Counted from the first letter of the stretch, positions 52,601-62,172 are shown. The stretch is 64,000 bases of DNA from Octopus sinensis (GCF_006345805.1 NC_043000.1:110050001-110114000); one strand, 5' to 3'. The notes: generated by a model not told the origin, from the sequence alone. A program made the numbers and translations.

Positions 52601-55600
52601 AGTGTGAGGGAGAAAATTAGCTTATGGGAGGCTCAACTTCACATATAGGACCTGGAGTGATTTTTTAAAACAATTTTTTGAAAGGAAAAAAATGGGTTTT
52701 ATATGTCATCAAATACATGTTTTACCGACTGATGTTGTCTTTGTGTAGCAAGAGACATTAAACGATAAGTTGGAAAAGTTTGTTTACACACACACACACA
52801 CCTTTAATTGATAAATTACAAGGTAAAAAAAAACAAAAAACCCTGCCCTGCTCTGCCACAACATCTGAGACTACACAAACATCCCTCACTACTTCCTCAA
52901 TTACTTTTTCACCAGAACTGCTTGCAACACCCTGGAATTTCCAAAATTTTAAATTCAGCATTAACTTAATAAAGTTTATGTAGCCATTACATCAATCAAT
53001 CTACCAGTCTATCTCTCTCACCACACACACACAATATATATAACTGCCAGATTGAATGGTACTGTCGAAACCATAATGATATCCATTAGGCAGCTGATGA
53101 TGGATATATATGGTTGATGTACTTGTTAACTGTGAATCTTCCTCATGGTTCTAAGTTGTTCTTCATTGAAATTCTAGTTCTCATAGAGTTGAACTTATTA
53201 AATGGTTCTTCACTTATGGTTGTTCTGTTGTATATATTATACCATACACTGATATTGTGATTGTTCTTCAAAGGGATTCTAATTCTGGTAAAGGTAATAT
53301 TTGTTTAAGGGCTTCTAGTTTATGGAGCTTTTATTACATATTCTTTTATATGTTTCAGCCTTGAGGCTGTGGCCATGCTGGGGCAGTGAAGTCGAAATCA
53401 AACTCGGTGACTGGCATCCATTGCTAGTGGAGCGTTAAGAGTACCATACAAGTGAGATTGTTGCCAGAGCAACAAGCTAGCCTTCGTGCCGATGGCACGT
53501 TAAACACACCATTCGAGTGTGATCGTTACCGCGTCGCCTTACTAGCATTTGTGCTGGTGGCATGTGAAACATTCGAGCGAGGTTGTTGCCAGTGCCGCTG
53601 GACTGGCTCCTGTGCAGGTGGCACATAAAAAGCACCATTTGGGCTTGGTCGTTGCCAGGACCACCAAACTAACCCTCGTGCCGGTGGCACATAAAAGCAC
53701 TCATTACAGTCTCAGAGTGGTTGGCATTATGAAGGGCATCCAGCTGTAGAAATTCACCCAGATCAAGATTGGAGTCTGATTCGCCAGACCTCAGTCAAAT
53801 CGTCCAACCCATGCTCGCATGGAAAGCGGATGTTAAATGATGATGATATAACTTTATTTGCAGGTTAACTAAGCTACAAATGGTTCGCCTGAAACAATTG
53901 GTAGACTTCTTAAACCACAAATAAGGAATATTTATTCACCAATGAGGTGTTGCACAATCATTCTCACTGTTCAATATTACTGTGCATATATAACACACAC
54001 ACACTATCACCCTTTTATATTCTTTGTGCTTGTTTCCCTCCAATGCATTTTGTACATTAAAGAGAGTTCAAATGGCTGTTACTAATCCATTATTTCTTTG
54101 TATCTCTCTCTCACTCTATATATATCTTTATATCTCTTCCTAGCCAGCAACCCTACTTCTACCAGTCTCTATTTCCTAATACGACTCTGCCTTTTTATGG
54201 CTCCTCCTATCTCTCTATTGTCCTCTCTTTCATTATACTTCTCTATCTAACCTTCTGCCATGTTTGCTTTTGTATCTCTTTCTAGCTAGCAACCTCTACT
54301 TCCTGTAGGTACCTGTTACCGTCTATTTTTCTTAGCCTTTAATTGTCTGTCTGTCTGTCTCTATTTCCAACACAACCTTCCCTTCTGGTCAACCACCTTC
54401 AAAAAATTTATGCCACTTAACAAACAATACATGCATCCCACCACACACACACAGTGAAAGGGACACAGAGATAAGGGGAGATAAACACAAAGAAAGGGCT
54501 ACACTTCTTAGAATAAGATGAAAGTTTGTAAGGAAACGAAATATAGAGAAAGGAAAAAAGCAGAAGGATAAAGAGACAGACACAAAGTCAGAGAAGCTAG
54601 TGACATTATATATCTGTAATGAAATGTGGCTGAACACACACATGGGAAAATAACAGGAGAAAAGAATAGAAATGAAGCTAAACTGAAAGAAGGATAAAAA
54701 ACACAGACACACACACAAACATTGATATGCATATGCAAACACGGAGATCGATATGCATATGCAAATACACACACACACATACTAACTAGCATGCAGAAAC
54801 ATAGAGAGAGGGAGGGAAGGGGAGAGAGTCAAGATAAACAGAGAAACAAAAGACTGTTGTTTCTTTGATGTTGAACAACTTTTTGTTGTTGTTGTTAAGC
54901 GTAATGTCAAATCTGTGCAAATGGAGAGCTTTGATCTGATATACTTGACCTGCTAGAAATTGCAGTGGAATCTCCTTCAATCCACTGTATGTATGTATAT
55001 ATATATATATGGTGCAGGTGGTATGTTGTGAGTTAAGAAGATTACTTCCCAACCAAGTGGTCTCAAGTTCAGTCCCACTATGAGGCACCTTAGGCAAGTG
55101 TCTTCTGAAAGCTTTGTGAGTGGATTTGGTAAATGGAAACTAGAAAAAACATATATGTATGTATGTATGCATATATATATATATAAATATATATATTATA
55201 TATAAATGCTATTTTCATGTAAGTTTAAAGCTCATGGCAATCACCATGCAATGACTAAGGAAAATAGTCTAATAAAGGGGCATATAAGCCCTTGACAGAG
55301 AAAAGAAGGTTGCCTTCTAATGGTCTAATAAAGGGGTATATATGCCTCTTTATTAGACTATTTTCCTTAGTCATTGCATGGTGAACACCATAAGCTTTAA
55401 GCTTACATAAAAATACCATTATCATTATTTACAGAATTGTAAAGCAAGGCACTGTAATAACAAACGATTCGCACTGAAAAAAAAAAATATATATATATAT
55501 ATATATACATACATTAAAGTATTAATTTGAAAGAGATAAGTTCCAAGGTCAGTAATAGTCCTTATCAAAGCCGACACATATCCAGCCATTATAAGCATGC

Positions 55601-57255
55601 AAACATATAACATATATATACATATAATAGCATAATTCCGTGCCCAAATCAGAGTTGGATAAGTAATTGCAATTACTTATCCGATTTGGATTTGGGTACA
55701 AAATTACACTATTATATGTATATATATGTTTTTGTATGTTGTGTGTTTGCACGCTTATAAAGTGTTTAGATATGTGTCGGTTTTGATGAGGAGTATCATT
55801 GACCTTGGGACTTGTCTCTTTCAAATTAATACTTTAATCTAATCGCTCAATGAATTGAGCATCTGCTGTTGTTTCTTGAAAAGAGTTCACCTCTATAAAT
55901 TTTCATTACCTATATATATAGTTGAAATTTACAGAAAAAACAAAAGACAAAGACAAGTGTATAAACAACAAGCAGGTGTATTAGATGCTCTCCCTCTCTC
56001 TAACTCTACATATTTATTTTTATATATATATATATGCATACATGTGTGTGTGTGTGGTACTCTTGTCCAGACATAACATGACGTTGTAAATGAGCATCAC
56101 TGTCACACAAGCAGTGTTGTTCGTTTGTAATCTTCCACAGAAAAAGATGTCTGATGATGGGGAAATATTACCTTGCATAGAAACAAGTGAGGGTCAGTGA
56201 CAGGAAGGGTACCCAGGCATCAAAAATCCACCTCAACAAATTCCCTCTATAGAAGGATGGAAAAGTAGGTGTCAAATGATTCATCATTTAATGCCTGTTT
56301 TCCAAGCTGGCCAGGCTGGAGAGCCACACCAGGTTCCAGTCGTGGGTTTTGGCATGGTTGCTACAGCTGGATGCCCTTCCTAATGTCAACCACTTTACAG
56401 AATGTACTAGGTGCTTGATGATGATGATGATGATCTGGATGGGTGCTTTTTGCATGCCACCAGCATCTGCACTTATACACACATTATATATTAGAAGTGG
56501 CCAAACTGTCAAACAAAAAGAACCACATGTATCTTATTTCCAACATTCAAGAGCCCCAAAATATATTTTTCAAATTATATTCATAAATGGTAAGATATAC
56601 AGCTGCATAATTTAACACACTAAAGTACATTGGTGATTCATCTCTGCTCTTTAAACACTTTATCTGATCCTTCATTTCCACAATTAACATTTTAAAACCC
56701 AGCTGCCAGGATGTTCAAGCAGATATGTACAATTATACTTAACCAATATTTGGCATCCCCTGCAGCTCTATGGATGTTGTGAACCTATTGACTTATTTTT
56801 CCTTTGTGGTGTATCCATGAGCGGAGACATGGTAAGTGTATTTGGGGGTAAGGAACTTGCTTCTAGAAGCAGCCTATCACAGCAGAAATGGTTGAGTAAC
56901 TGTCTTTGCAATACTATCAACCTATGACAATAGATGTCAATGAAAAGGAACATAAACCAAGCAACACCGTCCACCCACCCCCATGCATGTAAATGACCTC
57001 CTACACTTATCACATGAACCCATATGTGTCAACATACAAAATTTCCCCCTGCCCCCTGCAAACACTTACCAGATCTGGAAGAGCAAGTGTCACTGGAAGG
57101 ACTTGAACATCTTTCTGATTTGATTTCCGTCTTACCAAATGGCAATCCTGATATGCTGCCGGTTGAGGCCCGAGTACGGATGGTACTTGCACCAGTTGTG
57201 ACTGGTGTCGTAGCCGTACTGCCAGACATCTTGGCACTGGTATCACTTCCTGAAT
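19840..57255 (-). CDS. ZMYND8: ZMYND8 / protein kinase C-binding protein 1 (PHD-Bromo-PWWP-MYND chromatin reader), multi-exon gene span
   Basis: Manually spliced exons with canonical GT-AG sites and matching phases give PHD ([28 protein letters not shown]), Bromo ([10 protein letters not shown]...[19 protein letters not shown]), PWWP ([14 protein letters not shown]...VRFFGAHDR) and MYND ([37 protein letters not shown]), in ZMYND8 order. The 5' end is uncertain. Confidence 0.94.
20707..21092 (+). mobile_element. tRNA-derived SINE, family C, full length with 14-bp TSD
   Basis: Head ggtgcaatggcccagtggttagggcagcagactc...gtttcgattccc (A and B boxes); TSD aaatgtgaagttgt at 20693-20706 and 21093-21106. 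Confidence 0.9.
21434..21541 (-). CDS. ZMYND8: ZMYND8 C-terminal exon ([36 protein letters not shown])
   Basis: ccattctactttcag acceptor; donor CCA|gtcagt chosen to keep phase 0; Q/P/S-rich. Confidence 0.75.
23925..24195 (+). mobile_element. RTE LINE 3' UTR copy, variant-spacer subfamily
   Basis: Same cores and 3' end (ggaagggtatccagctgtagaaac...gatgatgat). Confidence 0.85.
25524..25727 (-). CDS. ZMYND8: ZMYND8 C-terminal exon ([23 protein letters not shown]...LPAPSTQ)
   Basis: tgttatcttgtag / gtaaaa, 204 nt phase 0-0; assigned by splice logic and composition, not recognised homology. Confidence 0.82.
26756..27178 (-). CDS. ZMYND8: ZMYND8 exon, MYND zinc finger plus T/A-rich tail
   Basis: ctttgtgtttag / gtgagt, 423 nt phase 0-0; [35 protein letters not shown]. 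Confidence 0.96.
27243..27800 (+). mobile_element. Unclassified interspersed element embedded in (AAT)n
   Basis: About 560 bp non-coding block bounded by (AAT)n on both sides, 3' end ctctctcactc(aat)n. Confidence 0.5.
27820..28290 (-). mobile_element. Two tandem SINE B copies
   Basis: Two family B cores separated by (AAT/AAC)n. Confidence 0.8.
28925..29049 (-). CDS. ZMYND8: ZMYND8 exon, coiled coil ([18 protein letters not shown]...IEETKKKQW)
   Basis: tttttgtttcctcag / gtatgc, 125 nt phase 1-0; ETKKKQW precedes MYND in ZMYND8/11. Confidence 0.95.
29247..29331 (-). CDS. ZMYND8: ZMYND8 exon, coiled coil ([28 protein letters not shown])
   Basis: tttctttag / gtaagt, 85 nt phase 0-1; resembles vertebrate IEKLQWLHQQELSEMKHNL. 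Confidence 0.94.
31501..31569 (-). CDS. ZMYND8: ZMYND8 exon ([23 protein letters not shown])
   Basis: aattcctttag / gtaaga, 69 nt phase 0-0; helical segment preceding the coiled coil. Confidence 0.9.
31757..32000. repeat. TA-flanked inverted-repeat element (MITE-like)
   Basis: atatgtgggcacaggatgtcatgaaac / gtttcatgacgtcctgtgcccaaatat, embedded in (TA)n. Confidence 0.75.
32491..32682 (+). mobile_element. tRNA-derived SINE, family B, with 12-bp target-site duplication
   Basis: Head agctggcacaaacgttagcacgccgggcgaaatgc...gagttcaaattcc, core gcctttcatcctttcagggtcgataaattaagtaccag; TSD aattattgtgca at 32479-32490 and 32683-32694. Confidence 0.88.
33031..33187 (-). CDS. ZMYND8: ZMYND8 exon ([13 protein letters not shown]...[11 protein letters not shown])
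   Basis: tctttttttctag / gtgagg, 157 nt phase 2-0. Confidence 0.91.
33725..33935 (-). mobile_element. SINE family B
   Basis: Family B core. Confidence 0.78.
34184..34526 (-). CDS. ZMYND8: ZMYND8 exon, low-complexity linker ([18 protein letters not shown]...KNGDSKSTT)
   Basis: ctttgtttcag / gtatgt, 343 nt phase 1-2, matches both neighbours. Confidence 0.9.
35122..36263 (-). CDS. ZMYND8: ZMYND8 large exon, end of PWWP ([15 protein letters not shown]) plus S/T/K-rich disordered linker
   Basis: tttgtttattttag acceptor, AAAG|gtaggt donor, 1142 nt open, phase 2-1; includes ORF 35078..36025. Confidence 0.92.
36655..37033 (-). mobile_element. SINE family A
   Basis: Reverse complement of the family A consensus. 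Confidence 0.83.
37212..37518 (+). mobile_element. SINE family A, 5'-truncated, inverted relative to 36655-37033
   Basis: Family A body and tail ending about 20 nt from the donor of exon 37538-37660. Confidence 0.83.
37538..37660 (-). CDS. ZMYND8: ZMYND8 exon, PWWP C-terminal ([41 protein letters not shown])
   Basis: gttcttttag / gtatgg, 123 nt phase 2-2. Confidence 0.95.
37745..37977. mobile_element. piggyBac-like MITE with internal palindromes
   Basis: aacccattaagtccca ... tgggacttaacgggttaa; internal gtcctataaataggac and gtcctatttataggac. Confidence 0.6.
38862..38917 (-). CDS. ZMYND8: ZMYND8 exon, PWWP ([19 protein letters not shown])
   Basis: ttttcccaaacag / gtaagg, 56 nt phase 0-2. 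Confidence 0.95.
39173..40378 (+). mobile_element. 5'-truncated RTE-clade LINE: ORF2 C-terminal 209 aa, 3' UTR with tandem hairpin array and (GAT)n tail
   Basis: ORF has [35 protein letters not shown] and GRGRPRKTW motifs typical of the RTE RT C-terminal region; ends cgttaaacgatgatgatgat. Antisense within a ZMYND8 intron. Confidence 0.92.
40540..40599 (-). CDS. ZMYND8: ZMYND8 exon, PWWP core ([20 protein letters not shown])
   Basis: cttttaattag / gtgagt, 60 nt phase 0-0. Confidence 0.96.
41555..41635 (-). CDS. ZMYND8: ZMYND8 exon, Zn-binding Bromo-PWWP linker ([27 protein letters not shown])
   Basis: cttttgttgcag / gtaagt, 81 nt phase 0-0. Confidence 0.95.
41756..42045. repeat. 290-bp foldback element, about 118-bp arms
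   Basis: ttggagtaaagattgtttgccaacat...gatctgtg pairs with cacagatc...atgttggcaaacaatctttactccaa. Confidence 0.88.
42238..42895 (-). mobile_element. Three head-to-tail SINE B copies separated by (AAT)n
   Basis: Cores at about 42330, 42560 and 42790. Confidence 0.83.
43135..43190 (-). CDS. ZMYND8: ZMYND8 exon, bromodomain C helix ([19 protein letters not shown])
   Basis: gtctgtcaacag / gtaagt, 56 nt phase 1-0. Confidence 0.94.
44348..44435 (-). CDS. ZMYND8: ZMYND8 exon, bromodomain ([29 protein letters not shown])
   Basis: ttaattcttctag / gtaagt, 88 nt phase 0-1. Confidence 0.96.
44925..45205 (-). mobile_element. RTE LINE 3' UTR copy
   Basis: Reverse complement of the family 3' end with (ATC)n and ggtgctttttacgtgccac cores. 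Confidence 0.85.
45480..45810 (-). mobile_element. SINE family A
   Basis: Reverse complement of family A tail and body. Confidence 0.8.
46262..46354 (-). CDS. ZMYND8: ZMYND8 exon, bromodomain ZA loop ([31 protein letters not shown])
   Basis: ccattttccag / gttagt, 93 nt phase 0-0, HPMDL motif. Confidence 0.95.
46400..46915 (-). mobile_element. Two SINE B copies around a long (AAT)n tract
   Basis: Family B cores; (AAT)n at about 46620-46736. Confidence 0.78.
47555..47668 (-). CDS. ZMYND8: ZMYND8 exon, PHD-Bromo linker ([38 protein letters not shown])
   Basis: ttctttacag / gtgagt, 114 nt phase 0-0; resembles vertebrate ZMYND8 AECIETQSKAM segment. Confidence 0.95.
47720..47793. repeat. (AG)n microsatellite
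   Basis: Pure GA run; forms a (CT)n polypyrimidine tract about 50 nt upstream of the 47668 acceptor on the ZMYND8 strand. Confidence 0.97.
47880..48420 (-). mobile_element. Heavily decayed RTE LINE fragment
   Basis: Minus-strand remnants of ESI..RI..GW.KFRELL and RLYNAC..SAVMH motifs plus (GAT)n-type tail; many stops. Confidence 0.55.
48591..48726. repeat. Inverted pair of the agagaNaaaaccactattatgcaa repeat end
   Basis: tagagaaaaaccactattatgcaattcaaacaatgataga / tctatcattgtttgaattgcataatagtggttttttctcta; same motif at 12666 and 31680. Confidence 0.8.
49369..49630 (-). mobile_element. SINE with family C head and a different 3' part, between (TA)n tracts
   Basis: Reverse complement of ggttagggcagcggactcgcggtcataggatcacggtttcgattcccagaccgggc, then diverges after about 150 nt. 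Confidence 0.8.
49716..49859 (-). CDS. ZMYND8: ZMYND8 exon, PHD finger ([48 protein letters not shown])
   Basis: tttttttgcag acceptor, GAG|gtaaat donor, 144 nt phase 0-0, C4HC3 ligand pattern. Confidence 0.96.
51095..51260 (+). mobile_element. RTE-like LINE ORF2 remnant of a different subfamily
   Basis: Reads [40 protein letters not shown], like the RTE ESVLLYGSETWTL...LDG...RLL...NIS segment. Confidence 0.6.
51285..51640 (-). mobile_element. RTE LINE 3' UTR copy
   Basis: Reverse complement of the family 3' end, three cores. Confidence 0.85.
53385..53848 (+). mobile_element. RTE LINE 3' UTR copy, long variant array
   Basis: About four cores with the 23925-type spacers, ends atgatgat. Confidence 0.83.
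55205..55420. repeat. Foldback element, about 82-bp arms
   Basis: caccatgcaatgactaaggaaaatagtctaataaag / ctttattagactattttccttagtcattgcatggtg. Confidence 0.85.
55513..55838. repeat. Inverted repeat, about 70-88-bp arms with about 150-bp spacer
   Basis: attaaagtattaatttgaaagaga...ccgacacatatc / gatatgtgtcgg...tctctttcaaattaatactttaat. Confidence 0.8.
56785..56862 (-). CDS. Candidate linking exon ([24 protein letters not shown]...)
   Basis: Acceptor gctgcttctag keeps phase 1 from the 57070 exon and the peptide looks protein-like, but the available donors (gtcaat, gttcac) are weak and neither is phase 0. Confidence 0.3.
   Translation of the reverse strand, partial: KQVPYPQIHLPCLRSWIHHKGKISQ
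57070..57255 (-). CDS. ZMYND8: ZMYND8 N-terminal exon ([17 protein letters not shown]...[19 protein letters not shown])
   Basis: Acceptor tttctttgctacag, donor G|gtaagt, open S/T-rich frame; possible start ATG at 57229-57227 (gccaagATG). Ends in phase 1, so it cannot join the phase-0 PHD exon directly. Confidence 0.7.
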
Positions 57256-57485
57256 CTGTAGCAAAGAAATAATGAATAAAGAAATTAAAATTATACAACG
57301 AGTGTGTGTGTGTGTGTGTGTATAGTATTAACAAAATATAGAAAAAAACATATATGGTGTTTTATGTACGTTAACCTGTCCCATACACTGATGTCCCATG
57401 CCCTACTCCACTGGATTTAGGAGTGGAGTGTATGACCTACTACTGAGCCCAAACTTTGGTCACATGTTGAGCTTCGCAACACATG

Positions 57486-57541
<56 letters not shown>

Positions 57542-57844
57542 TTCATATAAGTGAGGCAATTATTTTTGTATGGTCATAGAAGTAAAGAATGAAGAATGGG
57601 TTACAATGGAAGTTTATTGCAATTGGATCAAGATGAATGGAAGGAAACTTTGTAACCCTTTAATGTCAAATTTCTAAGTAAATTACAAATGAGGGTTAGC
57701 AGCAGGAAAAACACCCTGCCGTGCAAAAATGATTTAATAATGTATTTGTCTAATCCATGCCAGCATGGAAAAATGGATGTAAAAACAAACGAACAAATTA
57801 TTTTTGTCCATCATCTGCAATCACTCTACTGACCATATTGTCCT

Positions 57845-58015
57845 GAACATCATCATCATCATTTAACATCCATTTTCCGTGCTAGCACGGGTTGGACAGT
57901 TCGACCGGGGTCTGGTAAGCCATGGAGGCTGCACCAGGCTCCAGTCTGGTTTGGCAGTGTTTCTACAGCTGGATGCCCTTCATAACGTCAATCGCTCCGT
58001 GAGTGTAGTGGGTGT
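57845..58015 (-). mobile_element. Short RTE-family 3' end
   Basis: catcatcatcatttaacatccattttccgtgctagcacgggttggacagttcgacc... Confidence 0.8.
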
Positions 58016-59569
58016 TACTACAAAAAGAGAAAATTGAGGAAAAGCACTCCTTAGTCCGACTGGGTAGAAAACAATTTGACCAGCATTGGTGCTGCAATAA
58101 AATGCATCCATTACCCTCTGTGAAGTGGCCTATGACAGGAAAGGATCATAAGTGTAGAAAATGACACTAAAAGTATGATGTACAAGTGACACAGAGTCCT
58201 GCAGCACAACAAGGAGGGCAAAAACTCTGATTAAGGACTGACCCAAACTCTGGTAACCTGTTCATTCCATACCATATGGAAGGCAGATGTAAAATGGTAA
58301 GATGACAATGATGAAGTTATCAGGGTAAGTTGAAAGATAAGGTTAGTTATTTCAAAATGCTTCTTTTTAATGGAAAAGCTCATTGCATGTCAAACTCGGA
58401 CATCATGTGACATGGTACGTGAGAGGGGAAGGAAAAAAAAAATAGAAGGAAAAAGGAAACTATAGAAGTGAATGAGTGACGTCTACACACACACACACAC
58501 ATGAAATTCAGCCAATGACTTTGTTTTACAAACCTCATAAACAAAGAAATAACTAAATGACTAAGTACACACACATACACACAAAGAAAATTAAAGAGGC
58601 AGAGAGAGACACACACACACACACACACATAGAGTTAAAGAAATGATGTTAACCTCTGTTGACAATTCCCTATCAGGTGAGGGTTATTTTATAGCAAAGG
58701 TATTCCTGAGGAACCCCGTGTCCACAATGAACTGTTTAATAGACAATAATTAATCAATGAAGCAAAGAGCTTGGATAAAGAATCAAATCAGTCAATATTT
58801 ACTTAATCAGGAGTAAATATTGGTTGTGGATTAGCAGAATGGTTAGAGAATGCAGGAATAAAACACTTTTCTCTATTTACAACAAATCTTATTGTTCCGA
58901 GTTCAAATTCTGTCTTCTACTACTATAGCCCTGGTCTGATCAATGCCTTTGGAGTGTATTTGGTAGATAGAAACTGTGTGGAAGCCTGCCATGCATGCGT
59001 GTATCCATCCCAACTACCACTGCTTAACAACCAGTGTTTGTTTCTTCACGTCCTCATGACTTAGTGGTTCGGCGAAAGGGGCTAACATAATAAGTATCAG
59101 GCTATAAAATAAAACAAGTACTGGGGTTGATTTTCTTGTTAAACCCTTCAAGGAAGTGCCCCAGCATGGTCGCAGCCAAGTGACTGAAGCAAGTAAAGAA
59201 CATATCTAATTTCCCTGCACTCGCAGCTCTTGACATGTTTGAGAAAGGTATCATCACGGTGACGTCATCTCATTCTTCGCTTTTATAGGTTTGCGGCCTT
59301 GAATCACAATTTAAGCGAATGGCATTTGAGGTGAACAAAGCTGGTCTTTTTAAATAAATATTGACAGGAGTTGATGATGACAAACAATATGGCCGAGGAA
59401 GACATATTTCTGAGACTTCATACAGCTGACAAAAGAGTCAAGGCCCTGTTGACAGGGTTGACAGACTTAACCTGCCCAAGACCACCTTGGGTTCTATGAT
59501 ACAAACGTCTGGTTTTAAGGTGGTCTAAATTAAAACCTGACATCACCTCAATTTATGTTCAATCCTTTC

Positions 59570-59775
59570 TAATCTATGCACAAGGCCTGAAATGTTGTGA
59601 GATGGCATTCGTTGATTACATCAAACCTAGTATTCAACTGGTATTTATTTTATCGACCCTCAAAAGGATGAAAGACAAAGCCGACCTCAACAGAATTTGA
59701 ACTCAGAATATAAAGTTGGTGGAAATGCTGCTAAGCATTTTGCCAGGTGTGCTAACGATTTTGCTAGCTTGCCAC
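59570..59775 (-). mobile_element. SINE family B
   Basis: Family B core. Confidence 0.78.
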
Positions 59776-59876
59776 CTGGAACACCAGTTTACATCATTTT
59801 ATGAAATTCTTTATTATTTTAAAATTCAATAGAAACAAAGTCAGTGTATTTTGACCGAAATATGGTAAGAGAAGGT

Positions 59877-60094
59877 TTAACCCTTTCATTACCAACCCGA
59901 CTCTGGCTCTGAGTACAAATGTTTTGTTTTCATAAGTTCTGAATTAAAATCTTCCACCAAACCTTAGTCACAATTTATGTTGCTAACACTAGCTGAATTA
60001 TAACTAAGTTATTTTACTAAATTCTTTGTTATAGTTAAAGTAATTGAAAGAAACACAGAACATCTCAAAATAAATACAGTAACGAAAGGTTTAA
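59877..60094. mobile_element. piggyBac-type MITE, same family as 7331-7534, opposite orientation
   Basis: TTAA|CCCTTTCATTACCA ... GTAACGAAAGGT|TTAA; interior is the reverse complement of 7331-7534. Confidence 0.82.
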
Positions 60095-60139
60095 AGAATC
60101 ACTACTTGATGTCTTTTCACCAGAGCTATATGACTCTCT

Positions 60140-60523
60140 TTACTCTTTTACTTGTTTCAGTCATTTGACTGCGGCCATGCTGGAGCACCACCTTTAATTG
60201 AGCAACTCGACCCCGGGACTTATTCTTTGTAAGCCCAGTACTTATTCTATCGGTCTCATTTTGCCGAACCGCTAAGTGACGGGGACATAAACACACCAGC
60301 ATCGGTTGTCAAGCAATGCTAGGGGGACAAACACAAACACATACATATATATATATACATATATACGATGGACTTCTTTCAGTTTCTGTCTACCAAATCC
60401 ATTCACAAGGCTTTGGTCGGCCCGAGGATATAGTAGAAGACACTTGCCCAAGGTGCCACGCAGTGGGACTGAACTCGGAACCATGTGGTTGGTAAACAAG
60501 CTACTTACCACACAGCCACTCCT
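60140..60523 (-). mobile_element. SINE family A, full length
   Basis: Complete reverse complement from tcttttacttgtttcagtcatttgactgc to cttaccacacagccactcct. Confidence 0.87.
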
Positions 60524-61275
60524 GACTGTATGCAACAAATGTATCTGAAGAGATGTGATGTGAGGTAACTGCATAACAGAGAAATGTTTTGTCTGTCTGC
60601 ATGCTGGGTTTAGATTCAGTGAGAGAGAACTGGTCTCTTATTCATACTTTGAGATATCTGTGTCTCTCTCTTTCTCTCTCTCTCCGTACACCATGACACT
60701 TGCTTACAACAATGCTTAAACAGAAAAACAAATGATGAGCCAGTGAACTTTTAAGTTAAACAACCAGCTTTGGGTCAACGAAGCCAGGTTTATTAAAACT
60801 TTCAAAGTTATTTAGGTCAGTTGTGTTAACAGATTCAGCTTCAATTAGAATGAACAAATGGAACAAAAATCAACTTTTCAAGGGTGTTGCCATGGGTTAG
60901 AATGATCAAAAGAGTTGCTTTCTGCCTGTGTAGAAATTGGGTTACTACTGCCATACATCGAAATAGAATGAGTTTCCAAATGAACCATTTTACAAATTAA
61001 TCTCTCACACGATGACGATTCAGATAGAATCGGGTACTTGAATAGATATGCACCAGGTAGGATTGGATAAACCTGTGGTCACCACCTATGGTCAATAAAT
61101 ATCAAATAGGATACTCCAGTTGTGTACACAGAGAAAACCAACCCTATGAGTATTAAGCGCCTAGGGGCTGAGCCAAAGCACACATTACGTTGATTGCATG
61201 CTGATGGTATACTCCAGTGTGCCCAACATGTTGGAAATCCTCATGGTGTATTATAATCAATTCGATTATTATCGT

Positions 61276-61328
<53 letters not shown>

Positions 61329-61904
61329 CCATAGATGCATATCTATGTCTACTTGGGGAAAAGAAATTACTGAGTTGAGGCCTAGGACTCATAGGAGCCA
61401 TTAGTCAGTTTCCATGACATATAAGGGACCGAGATGACAATATTTGCCCAGAACAGGGTGCCAGTCCATTGCAGGTTGGCTCGTTTATGGCTGAGTAGAC
61501 TGAAGCAATGTGATATGAAGTGTTTTGCTTGAGAACACAATGCTCCACTTGGCCTGGGAATTGAAAGCACGATCTCATGATTGTGAGAAGAACACTGTAA
61601 CCACCAGGCCACGTGACTTCAGCTTGGAAGAAAATGAATGTAAAAATGACAATGACAACGGTGCTAGATTATTAGAGTCTGCAAGACTGGTGGAAAATCT
61701 CAAAATTATCCCCAGACCAGTGACTTTGCCCAAATGATTGAGGTAGAGCGCCAGGAAAACATAAGATGAGTTGGTGAAGAACAACCTTCAGATTTTGGTC
61801 TTCACAGAGGCAATGACAAGTGACTAAAACCTTTGGAGATAACGAAAGTGAGATCATAGCCATGGCTGATGTCAGTGTCGCATAACTCGCCCATTTAAAA
61901 GCAC

Positions 61905-62172
61905 CCTTCAATTGTCGGGCAATATGTTGTGCTTGAGAAGACCTGTTGAGTCAAGAGAAATCGTAGTCGTGGCCAATGCCCCTGCCGGTGGCACATAAGA
62001 AGCAGCCACTACACTATCAGAGTGGTTGGTGTTAGGAAGGGCATCCAGCAGTAGAAACCATGCCAGATCAGACTGGAGCCTGATGCAGCCTCCTGGCTTG
62101 TCAGTCTTCAGTCAAACCATCCAACCCATGACAGCATAGAAAGCGGACATTAAACGATGATGATGATGATGA
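61905..62172 (+). mobile_element. RTE-family 3' end with a single core (possible non-autonomous derivative)
   Basis: gtgcttgagaagacctgttgagtcaag joined almost directly to the last core and (GAT)n tail. Confidence 0.78.
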
